Shown: one piece after another, positions 1 through 8,923 of the stretch | Layout: each line of letters opens with the position of its first letter | Numbering within the stretch: position 1 is the stretch's first letter | NCBI GenBank assembly: GCA_021848775.1 | Contig: JAJZTR010000001.1 | Coordinates: 1-44,497 of the forward strand | Reading direction: 5' to 3' | Source of the DNA: Chloroflexota bacterium | Lineage (GTDB): Bacteria > Chloroflexota > Anaerolineae > Anaerolineales > Anaerolineaceae | DNA length: 44,497 nt | Notes under the pieces: model-generated | What the model was told of the DNA's origin: nothing | The model's input: the letters and a program-made list of their open reading frames with translations, nothing else | Database searches by the model: none | Position numbers and translations under genes: made by a program

Positions 1-18
1 GTTGGATGCTCTGACTGC

Positions 19-693
19 TTAGCCGTGAACGATCAATATAAACTCACCCTTGCGGGGACCCAGGATTTTTTTGACCTCGGCTGGGGTTCCCCGGGCGATG
101 ATTTCGGATGGCAGCGTAAGATCGAATCCCAGCGTCATGCGCTGGCCTTTTCCGAATGTTTTTTCGACATCATCCAACAGGGCTGCCAACCGGTAAGGGG
201 TATCCATGAGGACCAGGGGCATGCGCAATCCTCGCAGGCGCGTCAGTTCCTGCCGGCGCTCCCCGGGAACTCGCGAAAGAAAGCCGCCGTAAACAAATTT
301 CTCGATCTTGAAATCCAGAATGGACAACGCTGCCATAAGTGAGGATGGGCCGGGAATGGGCATCACTTGCAGCCCGCTCAGGCTGGCTTCCTGAATTAAA
401 TAAGCCCCGGGATCGGCAAAAACCGGCGTGCCGGCATCCGAGATCAACGCAAAACTGGCGCCTTTGAACATGCGCAGCACCAGATCGGCTGTCATTTCGG
501 CCTCATTATGCTCATTGAGGGTGATTAATTCTCTTTCAGGAACCTCTAATCGTTTCAGCAGGGTGCTTCCTTCACGCCGTTCTTCACAAATAATCCCGTC
601 GACAGTTTTTAGAATATCCAATGCGCGCAAGGTTATGTCGCGCGGGTTGCCAATTGGGGTGGCTACGATATATAATTTACCGGCTTTGCTCAT
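19..693 (-). CDS. rsmI: 16S rRNA (cytidine1402-2'-O)-methyltransferase
   Basis: N-terminal GKLYIVATPIGNPRDITLRAL, plus ISDAGTPVFADPG and PIPGPSS motifs of the RsmI tetrapyrrole-methylase family. Confidence 0.92.
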   Translation of the reverse strand: MSKAGKLYIVATPIGNPRDITLRALDILKTVDGIICEERREGSTLLKRLEVPERELITLNEHNEAEMTADLVLRMFKGASFALISDAGTPVFADPGAYLIQEASLSGLQVMPIPGPSSLMAALSILDFKIEKFVYGGFLSRVPGERRQELTRLRGLRMPLVLMDTPYRLAALLDDVEKTFGKGQRMTLGFDLTLPSEIIARGTPAEVKKILGPRKGEFILIVHG

Positions 694-786
694 ATAATGA
701 ATTATATTCTATAGTTGCAGCCAATCCACACACCTTTTCACGCTTCGACTGAATTTATTATTTTTCTCGGAATTTTTGGGAGGGTT

Positions 787-1602
787 ATGATTAATTATTT
801 TTCAGGTTTAAACCCCATCATTCAAGCCCTTCTAGCGACCTTGTTCACCTGGGCTGTGACAGCATTGGGGGCGGCCGGAGTGTTTTTGGCTAAAGATATC
901 CACCCGCGATTGTTGAATGCACTACTGGGATTTGCCAGCGGTGTGATGATTGCTGCCAGTTATTGGTCGCTGCTGGCGCCCGCGATTGAAATGTCGGAAG
1001 GCGGCAGCCTGCCCAATTGGTTTCCCGCAGTCACCGGATTTTTACTAGGCGGGGCATTCCTGTATCTGGTCGACCGGCTCCTGCCGCACCTGCATTTTCA
1101 AACACCCAATATTGGAGCCGCTGAAGGACTGAAAACGTCGTGGCAGCGCTCGGTTTTGTTAACCCTTGCGATTACGCTGCATAATTTTCCCGAGGGCTTG
1201 GCAGTCGGGGTGGCTTTTGGTGCGGCTGCCACAGGTCTGAGCGACGCCACAACAGCTTCGGCGATCGCTCTGGCAATCGGTATCGGCATTCAAAACTTCC
1301 CGGAAGGTCTGGCCGTATCAGCGCCGCTGCGCCGGGAGGGTCTATCACGCGGCAAAGCGTTCATGCTGGGGCAGGCATCCGGCATGGTCGAGCCGTTGGC
1401 AGGGGTTTTGGGGGCTGCCGCAGTTTTTTACATCCAGCCCTTGCTGCCGTATGCACTGGCATTTGCAGCAGGAGCGATGATTTACGTCTGCGTTGAGGAA
1501 TTAATTCCCACGGCAAAAACAGGACTCCATTCGGATATTGCCACCGTCGGGGTCATGCTCGGTTTCGCTGTGATGATGCTTTTGGATGTAGCCCTAGGAT
1601 AA
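787..1602 (+). CDS. ZIP (GufA/ZupT-like) divalent metal transporter
   Basis: [14 protein letters not shown] and [13 protein letters not shown] signatures; about 8 hydrophobic segments. ATG at 787 (after GGGAGGG) is preferred over the TTG at 715. Confidence 0.9.
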   Translation: MINYFSGLNPIIQALLATLFTWAVTALGAAGVFLAKDIHPRLLNALLGFASGVMIAASYWSLLAPAIEMSEGGSLPNWFPAVTGFLLGGAFLYLVDRLLPHLHFQTPNIGAAEGLKTSWQRSVLLTLAITLHNFPEGLAVGVAFGAAATGLSDATTASAIALAIGIGIQNFPEGLAVSAPLRREGLSRGKAFMLGQASGMVEPLAGVLGAAAVFYIQPLLPYALAFAAGAMIYVCVEELIPTAKTGLHSDIATVGVMLGFAVMMLLDVALG

Positions 1603-1605
1603 TCG

Positions 1606-3141
1606 ATGAAGTTATCAAAAGTCACACGCATCACTTTTCTGTTGACCGGCTTTTTTGCGCTCGATAAGCTGGTTGCTTTTACCCGCCAGGTGATTATTGC
1701 CCGTCAATTCGGTCTGTCGCGTGAATTGGATGCGTTCAATGCCGCCAATAACCTGCCGGATATGCTATTTGCGCTGATTTCCGGCGGGGCACTGGCGCTG
1801 GCATTTATACCTGTGCTTTCTGAGGAAATTACCCGCGACGGACGTCCTGCCGCCTGGGATTTATTCAGTAAGATTGCCAACCTGGCTTTCCTGGCAACCG
1901 CCGCGGTGGCTGTCGTGGTCGCTTTAATTGCAGATCCGCTGGTGCGCTGGGAACCGGGTATTGCCCCTGGGTTCACAGAACCTCAGCAGCAAATTGTCGT
2001 CGATCTGATGCGGCTCAATCTGATTGCCACCCTGATATTTTCGATCAGTGGTCTGGTGATGGCGGGTCTGCAGGCAAATCAACATTTCCTCCTGCCGGCG
2101 ATGGCGCCGCTATTCTACAATTTTGGCCAGATTTTTGGCGCTTTAATCCTTTCACCTGAGGAAGGCTACACCATCGGATCGATTACCCTGCCAGCCTTTG
2201 GTCTCGGGGTCTACGGTCTGGTTTATGGGGTGATCATCGGCGCTGGGCTGCACCTTGGCATTCAAATCCCTGGGCTGCTGCGATTTGGATTCCGCTGGAC
2301 CAAAGGCCTGGGTTTGAAAACCGAGCCAGTGCGAAAAGTTCTGCGCCTGATGGGACCGCGGTTGGCAACCATGTTTTTCATTCAAATGATATTCCTGGTC
2401 AAGGACAACCTGGCTTCGCGCCTTGAAGAAGGTGCTGTTACGGCATTGACTTACGGGTGGATGATTTTTCAAGTTCCAGAGACCCTTATCGGAACCGCAA
2501 TCGGCACAGCTCTGCTGCCGACCTTATCTGAACATATGGCATTGGAACAGCGTGAAGCCTTTCAGCAATCGGTGGAACGCGCAGTGCGCGTTTTAATCGC
2601 GCTTACACTGCCGGTTGCGGTGATTCTTTCCTTTGGGCTTGAACCCTTGGTGGAAATGGCATTCGAATTTGGTACTGCAGGGACCAGTTTATTAACCTGG
2701 GTCACACGAGCCTACCTGGCTGGTTTGTTAGGTCAAAGCCTGGTGGAGGTGTCCGCAAGGTCCTTCTATGCCCGTCAAAACGCTCTGACACCCCTGCTGG
2801 CATCAGGAGTTACACTCGTCCTGTACATTGCCCTGGGTACGCAGTTGTATCGGCTTCTGGGCGCTCCAGGTATCAGCCTTTCGGATACGATTGCATTTAC
2901 CACCGAAGCTGCTCTGCTATTGATCCTGCTTAACCGGCGGCTGGTCAAATCTATCAAGGCGGGCGGCAGCTTACTGCGGGCTTTTCTGGCGGCTGCTCTG
3001 AGTGGGGCAGTGGTCTGGTTGTTGATGGGTGTTTTGGGGGGAATGCATCCACTGATACAAAGCGGGGTTGCCATGGCAGCCGGGACGGTTGCGGCTTTAC
3101 CATTCATTTGGCCTGAGCTGCGCCTGCTTCTGCGTTTGTAG
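1606..3141 (+). CDS. murJ: Lipid II flippase MurJ/MviN
   Basis: 511 aa with many TM segments; ELDAFNAANNLPD...GGALALAFIPVLS, PETLIGTAIGTALLP and RSFYARQNALTP match MviN. Confidence 0.9.
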   Translation: MKLSKVTRITFLLTGFFALDKLVAFTRQVIIARQFGLSRELDAFNAANNLPDMLFALISGGALALAFIPVLSEEITRDGRPAAWDLFSKIANLAFLATAAVAVVVALIADPLVRWEPGIAPGFTEPQQQIVVDLMRLNLIATLIFSISGLVMAGLQANQHFLLPAMAPLFYNFGQIFGALILSPEEGYTIGSITLPAFGLGVYGLVYGVIIGAGLHLGIQIPGLLRFGFRWTKGLGLKTEPVRKVLRLMGPRLATMFFIQMIFLVKDNLASRLEEGAVTALTYGWMIFQVPETLIGTAIGTALLPTLSEHMALEQREAFQQSVERAVRVLIALTLPVAVILSFGLEPLVEMAFEFGTAGTSLLTWVTRAYLAGLLGQSLVEVSARSFYARQNALTPLLASGVTLVLYIALGTQLYRLLGAPGISLSDTIAFTTEAALLLILLNRRLVKSIKAGGSLLRAFLAAALSGAVVWLLMGVLGGMHPLIQSGVAMAAGTVAALPFIWPELRLLLRL

Positions 3142-3159
3142 TGGGGTATAATTGGGCGC

Positions 3160-4248
3160 ATGACTCAACCAGAAACTATAGAACCGACGCCCCACGCCGA
3201 TCCGCATGACGAGGTCGAACAATCACCCAGAAAAAAAACTGGCCGTTTCAAGGTGTACTTGTTAGGGTTGTTGATCCTCCTCGCTGGAGGCGTGTTGGGA
3301 GCCTTTTTCGGTTATCAAGCCGGTTTATCGCTGCGAATGCAAGCCGAGCAAGACCAAAAAGTTATGGTGGCGACCGAGCAATACCAATTGGGATTGGCAG
3401 ATTTGAATGCCGGCCGCTACGAAACCGCGAAAAAACGGTTCGAGTTTGTCATTAATATCGACCCAAATTTTCCGGGCGCTGCTGATCAGCTGGCGAAGGC
3501 ATTGCTCGAATACTCCCTGGCGTTGACACCAACGCCTGCGCCCACTCCAACCCTAGCACCCACGCCGGATCTGCGCGGGGAACAGGAGATGTTCGCGACA
3601 ATTCAGCAAGCCCTGGCAAACCAGGACTGGGCTGGCGCGATTGTTCACATCGAGGCCTTGCGCAATCTGAATCTGGAATTCCAGGCGGTTGATGTTGATG
3701 GGATGTATTACATTGCTTTACGTTATCTTGGCGTGCAAAATATCCTCAGTCAAGGTGAGCTTGAGGTTGGTATTTATAATCTCACACTGGCCGAGCGGTT
3801 TGCACCGCTGGATGTGGAAGCGCGAAACTACCGCGTATGGGCCCGCCAGTACATTGCCGCCGCCAGTTTTTGGAAAATCGATTGGCCGCGGGTAATTGCC
3901 TACTTTGGCGAGATTTATCCCGCTCTGCCAAATTTGCGCGATTCCTCAGGTCTGACAGCAACCGAACGATACCGGCAGGCCCTGGTGGGATACGGCGACC
4001 AATTGGTCATGGAATCCAAGTATTGTGATGCTCAACTGCAATATGAGGCGGCCTTGAATTTCAGTAATTTGCCGGATGTGCAAACCAAGGCGACCTCCGC
4101 TGCTGAAATGTGCGCGAATGAGTCGCAGCCGGATGAGGTCATTGAGCCAACGCCAACCCCGCCGACGACCACTGTTACCGAAACCGCACTTACAGGGGAA
4201 GTTCCCAGCGAGACAACCACACCGCCTGAAACAACCCCATCCCCATAA
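3160..4248 (+). CDS. Membrane-anchored TPR-like helical-repeat protein with Pro/Thr-rich linkers
   Basis: Single N-terminal TM; TPR-like segments (QYQLGLADLNAGRYETAKKRFEFVINIDPNFPGA); PTPAPTPT linker and PT-rich tail. TATAAT at 3147-3152 just upstream. Confidence 0.7.
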   Translation: MTQPETIEPTPHADPHDEVEQSPRKKTGRFKVYLLGLLILLAGGVLGAFFGYQAGLSLRMQAEQDQKVMVATEQYQLGLADLNAGRYETAKKRFEFVINIDPNFPGAADQLAKALLEYSLALTPTPAPTPTLAPTPDLRGEQEMFATIQQALANQDWAGAIVHIEALRNLNLEFQAVDVDGMYYIALRYLGVQNILSQGELEVGIYNLTLAERFAPLDVEARNYRVWARQYIAAASFWKIDWPRVIAYFGEIYPALPNLRDSSGLTATERYRQALVGYGDQLVMESKYCDAQLQYEAALNFSNLPDVQTKATSAAEMCANESQPDEVIEPTPTPPTTTVTETALTGEVPSETTTPPETTPSP

Positions 4249-4277
4249 TTATCCAACAACAACCCGGGAGTAAAGCT

Positions 4278-4790
4278 ATGACTCTTCCAACCCTGGCTCT
4301 GGCGCTGGCTTACTGGCTGCATATTATCGCGACTGTGATGTGGGTGGGCGGGATCATGACATTATCCATGCTGGTCATTCCGGCAGCCCGGCGAACCCTG
4401 GAAACCAAGGATTACGTGGCTTTGCTCGGGCGATTGCAGGAGGGATTGCAGCGCGTCGGCTGGTTAAGTCTGGCTGTATTGATCGCTACCGGGATGTTCC
4501 AAATGGCAGCCCACCCATCCTATGATGGATTATTAGGCATAACCAATAACTGGGCTGTGGCGATTTTCATCAAGCATCTGGTCATCAGCTTGATGGTGCT
4601 GGTCAGCGCTTACCTGACCTGGGGATTGATGCCTGCTTTGCGCAGGATCGCCTTGCAGCGCGCAGCCGGTCTGACGGTCGATGAAGGAAAGAACCGCCTG
4701 CTCCAGCGACGCGAATCTCTTGTTTTGACCATAAACCTGGTCTTATCCATCATCGTGCTGCTTTTTACAGCCATTGCCCGATCTGCCTGA
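4278..4790 (+). CDS. CopD-like four-TM membrane protein
   Basis: WLHIIATVMWVGG N-terminal motif, LIATG and IKH motifs typical of CopD-like proteins. Confidence 0.65.
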   Translation: MTLPTLALALAYWLHIIATVMWVGGIMTLSMLVIPAARRTLETKDYVALLGRLQEGLQRVGWLSLAVLIATGMFQMAAHPSYDGLLGITNNWAVAIFIKHLVISLMVLVSAYLTWGLMPALRRIALQRAAGLTVDEGKNRLLQRRESLVLTINLVLSIIVLLFTAIARSA

Positions 4791-4824
4791 TCCGGTAAAT
4801 ACCCATTTCGATGCCAGTTTACGA

Positions 4825-4843
4825 ACCGTCCTTAAGGGACGGT
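4825..4843. terminator. Hairpin between convergent genes (possible terminator)
   Basis: ACCGTCC-ttaag-GGACGGT inverted repeat; no strong U-tract. Confidence 0.35.
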
Positions 4844-4935
4844 GGCTGCCTCTGACTGAAAACAGACATTAGAGGATTCACCTTCGCAAAAGTGACTGAC
4901 TTTCCACCGTTCACTGCGCATAGCCAATTTCTGCA

Positions 4936-6270
4936 TCAAGGATTATCGGCTGCCAAGGTCCCATTAAGATCATGCGGCATCGCCCCGCCGATCAGCACCG
5001 GAACGATCTGGCCGACAGGAGCTTTATCATTGATAACCACGTAGCCGTCAATTTCAGGGGCATCGCGGTAGGAGCGTCCAAATGAAACACCTTTATCCTG
5101 CCCTTCCACCAGCACATCCAGGGTTTTACCAATCAAAGTCTGGTTCTTTGCCAGTGAAATCGTCTCCTGTATCAGCATGAACTGCTTGTAGCGTTCCTCT
5201 TTGATTTCAGCCGGAATCGGGTCTCCTAACGGCTCAGATGCCGTACCCTGCTCAAAGGAAAATGTGAACGCGCCGGCTCGGTCCAGTTTTATCTCGCGCA
5301 GGAAATCGAGAAGTGTTTGGAACTCGGCATCCGTTTCTCCCGGGTAGCCGACGATAAACGTGCTGCGCAGCGCCAGTTGGGGAATGGCGATCCGCATCTT
5401 TTCAACGGTCTTGTAGACCCAGTCCATATTGGCCGGGCGGCGCATCCGTTTGAGCGTATCCGGATGGGCATGCTGTAAAGGCATATCCAGATACGGTAAA
5501 ATCCGCGGGTTTCCTGCCATCGTTTCGATCAGGCGGTCGGTGACATAGCCAGGGTATGCGTACATCACCCGGATCCACGGGATGGATGTGTTTTGCAGGA
5601 TTTGATCCAGCAGGGTTGGCAGACCATCGCGGAGGCCAAGATCGTGTCCATAATTGGTGGTGTCCTGGGCAATCAGAATCAATTCTTTGACGTCCATTTC
5701 CTCCAGTGCCTGCGCATCAGCGACGATGGTCTCAGACGGACGGCTGACCAGTGTGCCTTTGATCAACGGAATGGCGCAAAAGGCACAGGGACGGCGGCAG
5801 CCGTCAGCGATTTTCAAATAGGCGCTGCTGCCTTGAATGGCGGCGCGCAGCACATTATGTTCATCCCGTCCGACTGTTGCAGCTTCAGGAAGATGATAAC
5901 GGGGCGTAGGCGTCCTCTGCCGCAGGTCGCTGACCAGTTCGAGGATGTCCATCCAGCGCCGGGTGCCGATCAATCCGTCGATGCCGGGAACTTGATCCAC
6001 CACCAATTCGCGGTAGCGCTGTGTCATGCAGCCGGCAGCGATTAAGAGCTGGCCAGATTTTTTGCGGGCCGCCAGACCGCGAAGTTCGAGGATGGATTCC
6101 TGCCGGGCGCTGTTGATGAACCCACAGGTATTCACGATCATAATCCCTGCCTGGTTCGGCTTATCGACCTGAATGTAGCCCGCTTCCTCAAGCAGCGTAG
6201 CCATGGAGACCGAATCAACGGTGTTTTTTGCGCAACCAAGCGATACCAGGTAATATGACTTATCTTTCAT
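4936..6270 (-). CDS. rimO: Ribosomal protein S12 methylthiotransferase
   Basis: SLGCAKNTVDS, VNTCGFI and AGC (UPF0004 Cys residues); radical SAM CRRPCAFC; C-terminal TRAM GRSYRDAPEIDG, diagnostic of RimO. Confidence 0.95.
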   Translation of the reverse strand: MKDKSYYLVSLGCAKNTVDSVSMATLLEEAGYIQVDKPNQAGIMIVNTCGFINSARQESILELRGLAARKKSGQLLIAAGCMTQRYRELVVDQVPGIDGLIGTRRWMDILELVSDLRQRTPTPRYHLPEAATVGRDEHNVLRAAIQGSSAYLKIADGCRRPCAFCAIPLIKGTLVSRPSETIVADAQALEEMDVKELILIAQDTTNYGHDLGLRDGLPTLLDQILQNTSIPWIRVMYAYPGYVTDRLIETMAGNPRILPYLDMPLQHAHPDTLKRMRRPANMDWVYKTVEKMRIAIPQLALRSTFIVGYPGETDAEFQTLLDFLREIKLDRAGAFTFSFEQGTASEPLGDPIPAEIKEERYKQFMLIQETISLAKNQTLIGKTLDVLVEGQDKGVSFGRSYRDAPEIDGYVVINDKAPVGQIVPVLIGGAMPHDLNGTLAADNP

Positions 6271-6292
6271 AATGATGAACTCTTTTCAACCT

Positions 6293-7711
6293 TTAAGGAA
6301 TAAGCGGTGTAATGCTGGGAGTAATTTGCGGCAGGGTCGGCTGCAAAGTGGCTGAAGGTTGCGGTGTCCGGGTTGGAGTAACGGTGAAAACCGGTGTTGG
6401 CACCGACATACCTTCACGGGTGAAGGAGATGGAAACGACTTCGCCCATGGTTCCAAGGGTTCCCAGGTCGTTCTGATTGTAGATGACAGAAAGGGCTGCT
6501 CCATTTCCTGTAAGCAAGTCGATTCGCTCCCGTCCTGTAAACGGATAGGCATTGCCAGGGGAGACCCGCCCGTCGAACACCACCGATGTGTCGACCGTCA
6601 CGCGCATCCAGGCTCGCTGCGATGCTATGATGTAGACCGAAATCGGAGCGCTGCTGAGGGTTGGGATGGTTACACCAGTCTCCTGCCCCGATCCTCCTGG
6701 GATGTCTTCTGGCGGAAGCGTATTGGCTATAACTTGCCCGGGTGTTACGGTTGGGGTTACTTCTAGGGTTGGAGATGGCGATCCCGAATCGGGTGTCATC
6801 AAAATCTCGGAAATGGACGGCGGTGTGGGCACTTCTGCCTGACTTTGCAGGTTGGTCACGCGCGATGCTCCCCACAACACGAATCCAATCAACAGAACAA
6901 ACAGGCTGCCACCAAGAACCAGATCAAGGGTGATGAAGCGGCGCCAGGAAGGACGGGGGGTTCGCCGGTTTTTTTCCCTTGCTCCTGATGTAGTCCGGCT
7001 TGACGGAGTGGATTGGGGAACCGTCAATTCTATCCGCCGTGTCTGAAGGCCTTCCGCGAACATCAGCATTAGATTATCGACTTCCAGGTCAAGGAACTCG
7101 GCGTAATTGCTCAACATGCCCCGGCCCTGCACCATGGATGGCAAGCCTTCGATCCGTCCGTCCTCCAGGGCTTCGATGTAAATATCGCGTAAACGTGTGA
7201 ACCGTACGATGTCAGGAATGGACAGGCTAAGTTCCTGCCGCCGCTCTCTCAGCTGGCGTCCAATATCGGCAAATATTTGTAGCGATTGACGCGGGACCGC
7301 AGGTGCATCTTCAGATAGCGGGCTTTCTGCAAAATCCGGTTCCGCCTCAAAGTTTTGATCGATGTCTTCAGGCACTGCCTGTTCTTCTAGACTTACCGGT
7401 TCTGCAGGTGATAATTCGGACGCAGGCGGGGTGGGGATTGCAGGATCAGTCTCATGCTCCACGGGTTCAGGAATGAGGAATTGACCGCTCCGCCAACCAT
7501 CGAGTAACGGTTGAGCGGGCAGGGCCAGGAAACTGGCATAGAGACGCAAAAACCCGCGAGCCTGAACCACTGAAGGTAGTTCAGACGGCTCATTTTGTTC
7601 GATCGCCTGTAAATAAGCAAATTTAACCCGGGTAGTCTGGGCAACTTGCTCCAGGCTTATACCGCGTTCGGTACGGATTTTGCGTAGATATTCGCCAACG
7701 GTTATTGTCAT
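6293..7711 (-). CDS. rodZ: RodZ-like protein with two HTH domains, a TM and a C-terminal DUF4115-like domain
   Basis: GEYLRKIRTERGISLEQVA...ARGFLRLYASFL and a second copy IGRQLRERRQELSLS...GRGMLSNYAEFL; TM; C-terminal AWMRVTVD...TGNGAAL; adjacent to rimO. Confidence 0.8.
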   Translation of the reverse strand: MTITVGEYLRKIRTERGISLEQVAQTTRVKFAYLQAIEQNEPSELPSVVQARGFLRLYASFLALPAQPLLDGWRSGQFLIPEPVEHETDPAIPTPPASELSPAEPVSLEEQAVPEDIDQNFEAEPDFAESPLSEDAPAVPRQSLQIFADIGRQLRERRQELSLSIPDIVRFTRLRDIYIEALEDGRIEGLPSMVQGRGMLSNYAEFLDLEVDNLMLMFAEGLQTRRIELTVPQSTPSSRTTSGAREKNRRTPRPSWRRFITLDLVLGGSLFVLLIGFVLWGASRVTNLQSQAEVPTPPSISEILMTPDSGSPSPTLEVTPTVTPGQVIANTLPPEDIPGGSGQETGVTIPTLSSAPISVYIIASQRAWMRVTVDTSVVFDGRVSPGNAYPFTGRERIDLLTGNGAALSVIYNQNDLGTLGTMGEVVSISFTREGMSVPTPVFTVTPTRTPQPSATLQPTLPQITPSITPLIP

Positions 7712-7750
7712 GCCACTCTTGAATGTGGGTAATTATACCCGGCTCAACAG

Positions 7751-7773
7751 AAAACCGGCCACGAAGGCCGGTT
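7751..7773 (-). terminator. Intrinsic terminator after rplI
   Basis: AACCGGCC-acgaa-GGCCGGTT stem followed by a T-run on the minus strand. Confidence 0.65.
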
Positions 7774-7797
7774 ATTCAAAATTTGTTATCCGGAAAA

Positions 7798-8415
7798 TTA
7801 CTCGTTTGTTGCTTCGCTGGCTTCCGCAGCAGGTTCTTCGGCTTGTGCAGCCTCTGCAGCGGGTTCTTCGGCTTGTGCAGCCTCAGTGGCAGGTTCTTCA
7901 GGTGGGACAACCTCAGCGATGGGTTCTACAACTGTCGCAGCTTGAGGAGTTTTTTCTACTGCCAGGACTTCGCCTTCCCGGTGAACAATGACAGTAATTT
8001 CAGGGACCAGGTCAACAGTTAACCGGATGTGCGCTTTATGTTCGCCGAGCATACGGATTGGTGAAACCTCGATCTGGTGGCGGTCGACCTTGATGTCAAG
8101 TTTGGCCTGTATGGCATCCGCGATCATCTGGGTAGTGATCGAGCCGTACAGTTTGCCTGTTTCACCAGCCTTGGAAGCAAAAGCGAATACCTTGCCAGCC
8201 AGGATTTCAGCCACGCCGCTCATTTCACTGTTGAGCGCCTGGCGTTGAACAGCGGCTTCCGATCGAATAGCTTCAACCTTTTTTAGTGCCTCAGCGGTCG
8301 CCAGCACTGCCAGACCTTTGGGGAGAAGAAAGTTGCGGCCGTAGCCGTCGGCGACCCGTTTGATGTCGCCCGCACGCCCTAGTTTGTAAACGTCCTTGAT
8401 CAATAATACTTTCAT
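7798..8415 (-). CDS. rplI: 50S ribosomal protein L9 with acidic C-terminal extension
   Basis: MKVLLIKDVYKLGRAGDIKRVADGYGRNFLLPKGLA and GKLYGSIT. Confidence 0.97.
   Translation of the reverse strand: MKVLLIKDVYKLGRAGDIKRVADGYGRNFLLPKGLAVLATAEALKKVEAIRSEAAVQRQALNSEMSGVAEILAGKVFAFASKAGETGKLYGSITTQMIADAIQAKLDIKVDRHQIEVSPIRMLGEHKAHIRLTVDLVPEITVIVHREGEVLAVEKTPQAATVVEPIAEVVPPEEPATEAAQAEEPAAEAAQAEEPAAEASEATNE
7826..7900 (-). repeat. About 2.5 copies of a 30-bp tandem repeat encoding EEPAAEAAQA in the L9 tail
   Basis: gcagcaggttcttcggcttgtgcagcctct, then gcagcgggttcttcggcttgtgcagcctca, then the partial copy gtggcaggttcttca. Confidence 0.9.
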
Positions 8416-8495
8416 GGTTCAAGCCCTTTCTTTGGCTTTCTAAGAATTCGCCTTTGGCGGCTTAAGACGAAGGGTACAACGGCTTAAGCGGCACG

Positions 8496-8504
8496 ATTGT
8501 ACCA
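8496..8504 (-). promoter_or_regulatory. Extended -10 element (TGGTACAAT) for rplI
   Basis: Reverse complement of attgtacca reads TG-n-TACAAT, about 80 nt upstream of the rplI ATG. Confidence 0.55.
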
Positions 8505-8547
8505 AAGGCTGGCTGAATCGTCAATTACTACCAGTTCAGGCTTTCAT

Positions 8548-8904
8548 TTATTGTGAATTTCGGTGGATGCCAACATAACGGTTGACCGGCAACGTCACCA
8601 AAATGCCAGTGTGTGGATCGTTAAGATCGCCCGTGACTCTCTGTGTGGCCTCGATTACTTTTTCCACCATTTCATCCGTGTCAACAATGGTGAACAGCGT
8701 CCGATTGAAAGCCTCAACGTAATCATGAAAATCTTCAATGCTGGGGATCAATGGAAGATCATCGCGCCAGGCGGCTTTTTCACGAATTCGGGCCATCCCG
8801 GTACTTGGCAGGATGGTGATTCCACCTACGCCTACTTCTTCCCAGGCAGTAATGATATCGTCCATTATTTCAGGATCGTTAAGGACAAAAAGGATAAATT
8901 GCAT
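8548..8904 (-). CDS. Non-canonical PII-superfamily protein
   Basis: 118 aa with the PII pattern GVGGITILPSTGM...VIEAT..TGDL..PHTGILVTLPV; no GlnB T-loop uridylylation motif; SD AAGGAG. Confidence 0.7.
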   Translation of the reverse strand: MQFILFVLNDPEIMDDIITAWEEVGVGGITILPSTGMARIREKAAWRDDLPLIPSIEDFHDYVEAFNRTLFTIVDTDEMVEKVIEATQRVTGDLNDPHTGILVTLPVNRYVGIHRNSQ

Positions 8905-8923
8905 GGTTTATGCTCTCCTTTGA

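Noticed and set aside
7826-7900. CRISPR-like repeat
   Set aside because: The copies are directly adjacent with no spacers, lie in frame within rplI, and no cas genes are present.
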